Shown one piece after another: positions 29,206 to 36,918 of a stretch of DNA of 64,000 nt. Where the stretch lies: the IMG/VR virus record IMGVR_UViG_3300009011_000001, positions 1 through 64,000 of that record; one strand, written 5' to 3'. Numbering within the stretch: position 1 is the first letter of the stretch; every line of letters starts with the position of its first letter. The notes beneath the pieces are model-generated. The model saw only the letters and a program-made list of their open reading frames with translations, did not search any database and had not been told where the DNA came from. The translations under genes were made by a program, and so were the position numbers.

Positions 29206-30000
29206 ATGGCACAACCTGCCTTGCAACAACCCTTTGCCTCTTACAGCAACATCGTTCTGAGCGGCAGTGGTAAAAACGGCATTCTGAAAAAATGTGGCAA
29301 CGGTTATTACGAGATCCTGCTCGGTGCTCTGGCTGCCTACGGTAACGGCAACTGGATGTACGACGAGAACTCCGGTCGGAACTACATCGAGAACGATCGT
29401 GAGTTCCTTGCTGAACTGCAAGGTGGTCGTCTCAAAGGTGAGTGGGGTCATCCTCGTCGTCCGGCTGGCATGTCGGATCAGGAATGGTTCATCCGCATCA
29501 ACGAGATTTACGAAGACAACACCTGCTGCACCTTCGGCGGTATTGATTTGTCGATGGATCTGATCAAGGACGATAAAGGTCGTCGTGTGGTCGGCATCGT
29601 CGGTAAGGTCAAACCGTCGGGTAAACAGGCTGCGTCTTTCCGCGACATGTTGGAAAACCCGGAAGAAGACGTACCGTTCTCGATCCGTTGCTTTGCGCGC
29701 AAAGATTTCAACAGCATGCGCAAGCACATCAACAAGATCGTGACCTGGGACTACGTGACCACTCCTGGTATCCAAGTGGCGTCGAAGTACAACACGCCAA
29801 GCCTCGAGTCCAAGCTGAACGTTTCTCAAATGCTGGATGAAGCTGAGTTCAGTCTGAATGGTCTGAAAGAAGGCTTCCAGAACGCAGCCAACGATGCCAG
29901 CATGGAAAGCAACGTCAAACACATCCAGCTGATCGACCGCATGATCGAAACCGAGCGCACTGCCGGCAAGATCTGGGTACCGGCCTCCCTCAAGTGGTAA
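29206..30000 (+). CDS. Prohead (head maturation) serine protease (phiKZ gp175-like), 264 aa
   Basis: GEWGHP (His), FSIRCF (Ser) and TWDYVTTPGI motifs. Confidence 0.92.
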   Translation: MAQPALQQPFASYSNIVLSGSGKNGILKKCGNGYYEILLGALAAYGNGNWMYDENSGRNYIENDREFLAELQGGRLKGEWGHPRRPAGMSDQEWFIRINEIYEDNTCCTFGGIDLSMDLIKDDKGRRVVGIVGKVKPSGKQAASFRDMLENPEEDVPFSIRCFARKDFNSMRKHINKIVTWDYVTTPGIQVASKYNTPSLESKLNVSQMLDEAEFSLNGLKEGFQNAANDASMESNVKHIQLIDRMIETERTAGKIWVPASLKW

Positions 30001-30027
30001 TAAACGTCTAACAAGGACAAAGCCAAC

Positions 30028-31419
30028 ATGTCTACCCAAACTGCGATCGCTCGAGCGCTGAGTCAAATTGCCACTGAGTCCGGTGAAGTCACTCCGGATG
30101 CTCAGGAGTTTCACGAAGATCTGAATGAGCTTCTGTTGTCGGAAGCCCAGGTTGCCAAAGAGCCAACCATTACCGATCAGGTTGAAGAAGCCAGCAAGGC
30201 GAGTGACGTTACCGCCCAGCTGGACGAACTGGCTGATCGTGCTGATCAGGTCGAGAACATCGACAACCCGGCCGTTGCCGAAGTTGCCGTTGAATCGCTG
30301 CATCGCGAATTCCAGACCATCATGCGTGCCAACAAGCTGCCATTCAATGCCAGCTCGTTTGAATCGACCATGGTGACCATGGCGCAAGCCAAAGGTCTGG
30401 CATCCGACGCTCGCCGCGTATCTGGCTATAGTCGCCAGGTGACCAAAGACCTTCTGGGCTACAGCGAAGAAGCTGGCAGTATCATGCAGTTCCTTCGCCG
30501 TGACAAGGACCGTCTGGCTGCTGCGCAGGCTGTTCTGAGCAAAGCCATTCCGGCTGTTCAGCGCGCAAGCGAACGTCTGAAAGAAAACCCAGTGCACATC
30601 AGCCACGCTGGCTCCGCGCGCTTCCTGACCGTGGCCGACAAACCTGCTCTGAATTTCAAAGCAGCCGTTGAAGCCGAAGCGGCACAAATGCACAAGCTGC
30701 ATGACGCCGTTGCTCAAGCGGCCAGCAATCTGTTGAACGCAGCTCATGGTCTCGTGTCGAATCCTCAAGCCTCGGTCGAAAGCCTCCTGCCGGCTGGTCA
30801 TTTTGCTCATCTGAACGAGTTTGCAACTGGCCACCACTTCATGGGCAACTACACCATCATCGGCACTGCAGACAAGCATTCTCCGGTTGTGGAGTTCCGG
30901 CGCATCAACGAAAACAAGCTGCAAGGCTGGAGCGCTGTTAAGTCGATTGCCTGGACTCCTTTGGCTACGCTCGGTTGGGCTTTCACCACCGGTCTCGCGT
31001 TGTACATTGGCGGTATGGTCACCGGCGGTCTGATTCCAGCCGTTGTGGCCGGTACTGCGCTCGGTAGCGCGGCTTTGAAAGTGGGCGTTGTTGGCCGGGG
31101 CATCAAGTCCGGTGTCGACAACTATAACAACCACGTCAATACTACCGACGTTAAGTCGGCTGCCGGTGCCTTCGACTTCCTCACTGCGTTGAGCGAGCTG
31201 TCGACCATCGGCAAGATGACCGCTTTGGATTTTGATGGCGTCAAGGTTGCTGAGCTGCTCGACATGGCTCACAAGGCTGGCGCTCCAAAGTCGACCCTGG
31301 CTATCTTCGAAGATACGCTCGGCAACATCGGTGCTGCGGCCGACTGTCTGTACGAGCAAGCGATCTACGACGTAGTCGAAGGCGCCAAACTGGCTGCTCA
31401 GGTCACCAAGCACTTCTAA
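30028..31419 (+). CDS. Putative internal head/ejection protein A, 463 aa
   Basis: Acidic propeptide with several A/S-x-E sites (ATES, AVES, SFES, YSEE); follows the protease. Confidence 0.7.
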   Translation: MSTQTAIARALSQIATESGEVTPDAQEFHEDLNELLLSEAQVAKEPTITDQVEEASKASDVTAQLDELADRADQVENIDNPAVAEVAVESLHREFQTIMRANKLPFNASSFESTMVTMAQAKGLASDARRVSGYSRQVTKDLLGYSEEAGSIMQFLRRDKDRLAAAQAVLSKAIPAVQRASERLKENPVHISHAGSARFLTVADKPALNFKAAVEAEAAQMHKLHDAVAQAASNLLNAAHGLVSNPQASVESLLPAGHFAHLNEFATGHHFMGNYTIIGTADKHSPVVEFRRINENKLQGWSAVKSIAWTPLATLGWAFTTGLALYIGGMVTGGLIPAVVAGTALGSAALKVGVVGRGIKSGVDNYNNHVNTTDVKSAAGAFDFLTALSELSTIGKMTALDFDGVKVAELLDMAHKAGAPKSTLAIFEDTLGNIGAAADCLYEQAIYDVVEGAKLAAQVTKHF

Positions 31420-31434
31420 CTGCTGGAGGTTGTC

Positions 31435-32871
31435 ATGTCCTCAATGGAACGGCTGATGCGTGAACTCGCTCTTGAAAGTGGCGAGGCTCAAGTAGAAGTT
31501 CCTGACGGACGTGAATCGTACGAACTCGTCGAGGTGTTGTCGGAAGATAATACCTCTGACTTGGGTGGCCGTATTGCTGGAGCCGAAGAAGTCAAGAGCG
31601 TGGCAGATTTGATTGATGAAATCTCTCTGTCCGCCGAACAACCTGACTTGTCCGCCGAAGCAAAACAGTATCTGTACGACTCCGCACGTCGCCAGTTCCG
31701 TACGGTGGCTTTGGCTTATGGCCTACAAGCCTCTGAAACGTCGCTGGAAGCAAAGATCGATTCGCACCTGCCCAACGAGCTGTCTTTGATGGCAAGCAAC
31801 CTCAGACGCACTGCTGAGGCTGAGTTGGATTATTCGTCTGAAGGTCTGCTGAGCTGGTTGCGCCGCGATGCGGTTAAGCTCGAACGCGCTTATCAGGTTC
31901 TGGAAAGCGCTACCAAGAAGATCAAGAAACGTCTTGGTAAAGATCCTCTGCCTACGAACGATGGTGACCATGAATTCCGTGGTGCTCCGTCTACCCGTAA
32001 AGCCGATGACTTGATCGTGATCACTCAGGGATCTCTTCGCGAGTTCCTGTTTAAAGGTCAGGGTCAGTTGCAGGATCTTGAGAAAGCGATCAAAGACGAA
32101 TCTGCTGACCTGCACGCACTTCATGCTGCCGCGGATAATGCGCTGGGTACTTTGGCAGCTCATGCTAAAGCTCTGGCGGAAGATCCCGACAAGTACATGG
32201 AGTTTGCGAACAACAAATGGGCCAAGGGCATCAACTCTGCCAAGACCAACAAAGCTGCCTTGATGGGTAACTTCTCGATTCGGGCAACCGAACCGGGCGG
32301 TAATCCAAACATGGTAGACAAGATGACTCGGCAGAACGATACGCCGTCGAACATCTGGAAAGAGCTGAAGAAGTCTTTCGGTTCGATGTCTCCAGAAATG
32401 ATCACGCTCATTGGCGCTGGGACCTTGGCGATTGGTTCGATTGCAATGAAACATCCGATCGCTCCTCACCTGGCTCCGCGCATGGGCGTCCTTGCCGCTG
32501 GCACTGCTGGCAAGATGGCGGTCGGTGCATTGGCTGGCTCGAAGACTCCTAACGTTCTGAAGAAACCTGTGACGATTTCCAACGAATCGTTTAAGGCTAC
32601 TTTGGATACGATCCTCGGCACATACGCGCGCTTCACCAGTTACGAGCACGATGGAGATGGGATTGTTGACAATCTCAAGAAAGCTCTCCAGAAGGGCAAG
32701 GAGCAGCGTATGGACCCAGAGGACTACAAGTCTCTGCAAGAGGTCGTAAAATCGCACCGCGAGTCTCTGACGCGCTTGGCGGTTATCTCCGAGGCGGTCT
32801 TCGCGCAGGCAAGTTACACCGTTCACCAAATGGCTGCTGTTGCCATCAGTGTTCTGGGCAAGTTAAGCTGA
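31435..32871 (+). CDS. Putative internal head/ejection protein B, paralog of A, 478 aa
   Basis: ALES, SLEA, SSEG sites. YSSEGLLSWLRRDAVKLERAYQVLESA aligns with YSEEAGSIMQFLRRDKDRLAAAQAVLSKA of protein A. Confidence 0.7.
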   Translation: MSSMERLMRELALESGEAQVEVPDGRESYELVEVLSEDNTSDLGGRIAGAEEVKSVADLIDEISLSAEQPDLSAEAKQYLYDSARRQFRTVALAYGLQASETSLEAKIDSHLPNELSLMASNLRRTAEAELDYSSEGLLSWLRRDAVKLERAYQVLESATKKIKKRLGKDPLPTNDGDHEFRGAPSTRKADDLIVITQGSLREFLFKGQGQLQDLEKAIKDESADLHALHAAADNALGTLAAHAKALAEDPDKYMEFANNKWAKGINSAKTNKAALMGNFSIRATEPGGNPNMVDKMTRQNDTPSNIWKELKKSFGSMSPEMITLIGAGTLAIGSIAMKHPIAPHLAPRMGVLAAGTAGKMAVGALAGSKTPNVLKKPVTISNESFKATLDTILGTYARFTSYEHDGDGIVDNLKKALQKGKEQRMDPEDYKSLQEVVKSHRESLTRLAVISEAVFAQASYTVHQMAAVAISVLGKLS

Positions 32872-32874
32872 CAA

Positions 32875-32906
32875 CATACAGGCAGGGCACACGCCCTGCC
32901 TGTATG
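32875..32906. terminator. Hairpin, CATA...TATG family
   Basis: Perfect 14-bp stem CATACAGGCAGGGC-acac-GCCCTGCCTGTATG. Confidence 0.8.
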
Positions 32907-32937
32907 CCGTTTACGTTCGATTTAACTTTTTTACAGT

Positions 32938-32947
32938 CACACATAAC
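32938..32947 (+). promoter_or_regulatory. Putative early promoter motif CACACATAAC
   Basis: Recurs six times after AT-rich tracts; resembles the phiKZ early consensus TATATTAC. Confidence 0.55.
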
Positions 32948-32987
32948 TGACTCGAATCAATCGCATACTGTCCTTGGAGGACTCACC

Positions 32988-33266
32988 ATGCAATTTGAAA
33001 ACTTGGCTAAACTTGCTGGCATCTGTATTGGCGTGTACGCGACTTACAAAGTCACGCACATGATCCTGGAATCCACTGCCAAAGCCCGTCGTCGTGAAAT
33101 GGAAAAGCGTGAAGAAAAGCTTCCGGCTGTCACTCGCTTGATCGACAATCTCGAACTGTACGGTGAGCACGTTGCCAAACGTGTTGCCATCTTAAAGATG
33201 CGCCTTAACCGTAAAGAGATAACGCTCGAAGAGTACAACGTAGAACTGCTCGCGCTGACTCACTAA
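32988..33266 (+). CDS. Small membrane protein with SHOCT-like C-terminus, 92 aa
   Basis: GGAGG RBS; N-terminal TM, coiled coil, RKEITLEEYNVELL. Confidence 0.75.
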   Translation: MQFENLAKLAGICIGVYATYKVTHMILESTAKARRREMEKREEKLPAVTRLIDNLELYGEHVAKRVAILKMRLNRKEITLEEYNVELLALTH

Positions 33267-33280
33267 CTGGAGATGTAGAA

Positions 33281-33643
33281 ATGACTTTCAATAAAGACTT
33301 GGCTCTGACCGTTGGCGTTGCTGCTGTTGGCGTTATCGTCGGCTGGCGTTTCGGAAGCCAACTGGCTCGCACCATGAACAAGATGAAGCTGGATATCCTC
33401 AAGCTCGAGAACTCCATCATCGAGCTGGAAGGTAAAGAAGAACTGCGTGCCGCTAAAGAAGCGCACGCAGAGAAGATGGGCGTATGGGCGAAGAAGATTG
33501 CCGATACTCAAGCCCATCTCGCCACCTTGACCGAGCAGACTGAAAAGGATCTGGCCGAGCAAGCGAAATGGAAAGAGATGTTCGAGAAGAACGAACTCAC
33601 TCCAGAACAGTACGCTGAGAAGCTGCTGATGTACGTACCGTAA
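33281..33643 (+). CDS. Small membrane protein with SHOCT-like C-terminus, 120 aa
   Basis: GGAG RBS; N-terminal TM, coiled coil, KNELTPEQYAEKLL. Confidence 0.8.
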   Translation: MTFNKDLALTVGVAAVGVIVGWRFGSQLARTMNKMKLDILKLENSIIELEGKEELRAAKEAHAEKMGVWAKKIADTQAHLATLTEQTEKDLAEQAKWKEMFEKNELTPEQYAEKLLMYVP

Positions 33644-33666
33644 ACCGGATTTAAAAATCCTTTAGT

Positions 33667-33676
33667 CACACATTGC
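33667..33676 (+). promoter_or_regulatory. Putative early promoter motif CACACATTGC
   Basis: Same family; 42 nt upstream of ATG 33719. Confidence 0.55.
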
Positions 33677-33718
33677 TGTAACGAACACATACCCCAATGT
33701 CCTAAGGAGGACTGTAAC

Positions 33719-34207
33719 ATGACTTTCAATCACACTACCAAACAAGCTTTCGATGCCGCTCACGCTTTCATCTCCACTCAAGGCAAGGAACGCGATCACA
33801 TCATCGAGTTCAAAGAAGAGTGGAACAATGGCACTGGCTACTTCGACCACCTGGTCAAAGAAGATCTCGGTCTGGCGATCGGCCATCGCTTCGTCACTCA
33901 GACCCCTGGCGAACACCCACGCCGCATTGTCGGCGTGGTCACTCCAGTTGGTAACGTAGTGTTCTTCGAACGTTACAGCAACAAAGACAGCGAAGTGATC
34001 ACCGTCAACACCCCGCACTGCTTGTCGGCTCTCGTACCTTCCGGCCAGCAAGAGCAAGGAATCTTTGAACGCGCTATCGGTGCGGTTCAAGGCTTCAACG
34101 AGAACATCGGCCAGACTGTGCACAAGATTGCCCTGAAGGCATACGACGCCCACAAACTGGGGGAAACGCTCAACGGTAAAGCCGCACCTGCAGAAAACGA
34201 AATCTGA
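33719..34207 (+). CDS. Hypothetical protein of a family recalled from jumbo phages (WNNGTGY...GNVVFFERY), 162 aa
   Basis: AAGGAGG RBS; biased codon use. Confidence 0.85.
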   Translation: MTFNHTTKQAFDAAHAFISTQGKERDHIIEFKEEWNNGTGYFDHLVKEDLGLAIGHRFVTQTPGEHPRRIVGVVTPVGNVVFFERYSNKDSEVITVNTPHCLSALVPSGQQEQGIFERAIGAVQGFNENIGQTVHKIALKAYDAHKLGETLNGKAAPAENEI

Positions 34208-34224
34208 TCCAAACAAAATTTAGC

Positions 34225-34234
34225 AACACATTGC
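34225..34234 (+). promoter_or_regulatory. Putative early promoter motif AACACATTGC
   Basis: Variant of the same motif, upstream of 34283. Confidence 0.45.
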
Positions 34235-34282
34235 AGTATCGATCCACACCCCTCATTTCAAAAATCTGATTGGAGTTACAAC

Positions 34283-34513
34283 ATGTCTGGTGAAATCGCA
34301 GTAGTAGTTGGTGAAGCTGTCAAGAACGCTTCGGTCGTTACCAAGATCAAAGACATCGCAAGCGCAAACCCGATCGCCGCCGCCAGCGTCGGTGTCGTGG
34401 TTCTGGGCCTGGCCACCTGGGGTAGCTACAAGCTCCTCAGTAGCCTGATCGCCAAGCCGGAAAAGGTTGTCGTGATCCAAGCCGTTCCAGCCGCTCCGTC
34501 GGTTGAAGGCTAG
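34283..34513 (+). CDS. Small single-TM protein, 76 aa
   Basis: GGAG RBS; TM segment IAAASVGVVVLGLATWGSYKLL; followed by a terminator. Confidence 0.8.
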   Translation: MSGEIAVVVGEAVKNASVVTKIKDIASANPIAAASVGVVVLGLATWGSYKLLSSLIAKPEKVVVIQAVPAAPSVEG

Positions 34514-34520
34514 GTCACAC

Positions 34521-34562
34521 GAGTGAGCCCTTCGGGGCTCACTCACTTCCTTTCTTTTTTTT
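34521..34562 (+). terminator. Intrinsic terminator
   Basis: GAGTGAGCCC-TTCG-GGGCTCACTC followed by a T tract. Confidence 0.9.
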
Positions 34563-34582
34563 GTATTAAACATTCAGATAAC

Positions 34583-34592
34583 CACACATTAC
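34583..34592 (+). promoter_or_regulatory. Putative early promoter motif CACACATTAC
   Basis: Directly after the terminator, ~105 nt upstream of 34698. Confidence 0.6.
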
Positions 34593-34697
34593 CACCTTGC
34601 TAACAGCTGTACTAATCAGGCCAACTGAGTAACAACTTACACGGGCTACATGTTCTGTGTTCACACCCACCCCACTTAAGCAAGAAGGATTCACCGA

Positions 34698-35159
34698 ATG
34701 TCGACCAAAGAAATTTCCCCACGTACTCGTGAAATTGCTGATGCACTGAAAGTAGGCGGTTCCGTCAACGCTACCACCGGTCAAACCGACCTGCCGGCCC
34801 ACGCCGACGTCTTCGACAAATACCTGGCCAGCGGCGTAACCATGGACCTCGTTCTGAGCGTTCAAGACGCCACGATCGAATACGCTGAAGCGACCACCCT
34901 GGCCGTCGGCGAGCTGCAGCAAGAAGCCATGGAACAAAACCCTGAGCTGCAGAAAGGCCAGGCTACCGTGAAGTTCGGCCACAGCAGCATCGAAACCAGC
35001 TACCGCCGCAAAGCCTCCGGCACCGCCATGGGCAAAGAGTGGGCCAAATACGGCATCGCCACCACCGACGTGCTGATCGCTTCCGGCCGCAAGAAAGGCG
35101 GTTACAACACCGTCGTCTCCTACCTGGGCGATGAAGCCGCGAAGGTTTTCGCGAACTAA
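34698..35159 (+). CDS. Hypothetical protein, probably highly expressed, 153 aa
   Basis: AAGGA RBS; strong C-ending codon bias; has its own promoter motif and downstream hairpin. Confidence 0.9.
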   Translation: MSTKEISPRTREIADALKVGGSVNATTGQTDLPAHADVFDKYLASGVTMDLVLSVQDATIEYAEATTLAVGELQQEAMEQNPELQKGQATVKFGHSSIETSYRRKASGTAMGKEWAKYGIATTDVLIASGRKKGGYNTVVSYLGDEAAKVFAN

Positions 35160-35171
35160 GCGAAACGTTCA

Positions 35172-35201
35172 ATACAGCTGGGGGCCAACCCCAGCTGTAT
35201 G
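35172..35201. terminator. Hairpin, (C)ATAC...GTATG family
   Basis: 12-bp stem ATACAGCTGGGG-gccaa-CCCCAGCTGTAT. Confidence 0.7.
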
Positions 35202-35230
35202 CCGCAAGGTTTCTTTTTAAGGAATGCCAC

Positions 35231-35569
35231 ATGTCTAACATGCTGATTGTTACTGATGACCTGCCGCTTGCTCACATGTGGGCCAGACCTTACGTCAAAG
35301 AAGGTAAGCAGATCATCATGGTGGACAAGGACACACAGGTAACCTGTGAGGAGAAAGATGAAGTCTTTCTGATTCAAGTGTCCGGGCCACAAAGCAAAAT
35401 GTTCGCCGGAACTTATCTGTCAGAGGAACGGAAACAGAAATGGTTCCATGCCTGCGTGTTCTCTGAGAAAGGTCCTGTTTACACTCAATTCAAATCGGTA
35501 GCTATTCCGCAATTTGAGACCGTGCAAGTAATCGCCGGCGGTCACTCAGTGCAGCTTACCGAACTGTAG
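35231..35569 (+). CDS. Hypothetical protein, 112 aa
   Basis: AAGGA RBS. Confidence 0.75.
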   Translation: MSNMLIVTDDLPLAHMWARPYVKEGKQIIMVDKDTQVTCEEKDEVFLIQVSGPQSKMFAGTYLSEERKQKWFHACVFSEKGPVYTQFKSVAIPQFETVQVIAGGHSVQLTEL

Positions 35570-35578
35570 GAGAAATTC

Positions 35579-35953
35579 ATGTCTACCGCTTACTCTCGTG
35601 GTGGCGCTCATGTCATCAAACGTCCTCGCCCTGGGATTCAAACTTCTGGTATTGGTTTCGTTACTCAGCTGGAAGACGCTATCTTCAAATCCACGAACGT
35701 GCGTGTCATCATCCGTGTGCCTGGCATGGCGTTGATGAACAAACAGGTCGGTCGGATCTTGAATGAATCGCTGGATCTGAATGCGACCGTTGCTGTCTTT
35801 CGCGATGTACTCAAGAAGATCCTGAAAGACAACGTGATCGACGGTGAAGAAAACAATTACGAGCTGACCAACAAAGATTTCACGTTCCTGTTACCCAATG
35901 GCTGTGTAGCCGACGGGCGCGTTGCGATCAAGAACGCCCAGTGGGGCAAATAG
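35579..35953 (+). CDS. Hypothetical protein, 124 aa
   Basis: AGGAG RBS; followed by a UUCG-loop terminator. Confidence 0.8.
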   Translation: MSTAYSRGGAHVIKRPRPGIQTSGIGFVTQLEDAIFKSTNVRVIIRVPGMALMNKQVGRILNESLDLNATVAVFRDVLKKILKDNVIDGEENNYELTNKDFTFLLPNGCVADGRVAIKNAQWGK

Positions 35954-35962
35954 CAATACCTG

Positions 35963-36003
35963 TCTGGAGCTTCGGCTCCAGATGTCCAACATTCTTTTTT
36001 TTT
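35963..36003 (+). terminator. Intrinsic terminator
   Basis: TCTGGAGC-TTCG-GCTCCAGA, then a T tract. Confidence 0.75.
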
Positions 36004-36014
36004 GTCATGAAACG

Positions 36015-36047
36015 GCATACAGCCCGGCATTGCGCCGGGCTGTATGC
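36015..36047. terminator. Hairpin at tail tube 3' end, CATA...TATG family
   Basis: GCATACAGCCCGGC-attgc-GCCGGGCTGTATGC. Confidence 0.8.
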
Positions 36048-36054
36048 TTTGTTG

Positions 36055-36918
36055 TTACGGTGTAACCTGGGTACGCTTGAGCTGGTTGATTTGCTCGTGG
36101 AAACCAGTTTGAATCGAACTGATGTTCGAGTCGACAGCCTTGACGAAGTTCGGCTGGTACTGAGGATCGATGTTGCCAACCCGAGCAGCGTCCATGAAAC
36201 CCTTCGCCAGAACGTCCACCGAGTAACCGACCTTCTGGAAACCAGTCCAGGTGAGGTTGTAGGTCACGGTCTCACCGTCGCCCTGCAGGACTTTCTGCGA
36301 GGTGTTCTCGCCGATGTCGTCGCGTGGCCAGAAGTTGGTGATCAGGTAGGAGTTCTGCGGAGTCTGCCACAGGCGATCCGGTTCGTAGAACAGGATGGTA
36401 CCGCCGTACATGTCGGCCAGGTGATCGCTGAACTCGTTGTTGATACCCGACAACAGTGGGTGGATCACGTCCGGGTCGCCGATGGTGTAGCGAACCATGT
36501 CTTCCAGGAAGCGGATGACAGGCTTGCCGTACTTCTCGACGATGGTCGAAGTGACCTGCGAACGCGCACGCGATACACGGGATGGAGTCGAGAAGACCTC
36601 GCCCGAGTTGCCGATTTGCGTGTCCTGTGCAGAGACGTTCAGGGTGCGGTTCAGGCCACCCCAGCCCTGCATCCAGGTTTCGATCAACATCTTGTACGCA
36701 GCGACGTAGGCAGCACCGTTCGGCATCAAAGCCAAAGCAGTCGGCGCCTGAATAACCTTGGCGATGACGTTTGGTTTGATGTAGTCCGTCATCGACGGAT
36801 AGAACTGCATGTCGTCCAGGTACCCGTTAGGGCCCTGTACGGCAAGGTTCGTGACGGGGGCCTGGGCACGCTGACCGTAAGCTTTGTTCGTCAATGTATC
36901 CTTATAGCGAGTGCCCAT
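36055..36918 (-). CDS. Tail tube protein (phiKZ gp30-like), 287 aa
   Basis: Coupled to the sheath gene by a TAATG overlap; size and position typical. Confidence 0.88.
   Translation of the reverse strand: MGTRYKDTLTNKAYGQRAQAPVTNLAVQGPNGYLDDMQFYPSMTDYIKPNVIAKVIQAPTALALMPNGAAYVAAYKMLIETWMQGWGGLNRTLNVSAQDTQIGNSGEVFSTPSRVSRARSQVTSTIVEKYGKPVIRFLEDMVRYTIGDPDVIHPLLSGINNEFSDHLADMYGGTILFYEPDRLWQTPQNSYLITNFWPRDDIGENTSQKVLQGDGETVTYNLTWTGFQKVGYSVDVLAKGFMDAARVGNIDPQYQPNFVKAVDSNISSIQTGFHEQINQLKRTQVTP

Noticed and set aside
28558-31413. 951-aa minus-strand ORF
   Set aside because: Spans three real genes in antisense, with typical shadow composition and no motif.
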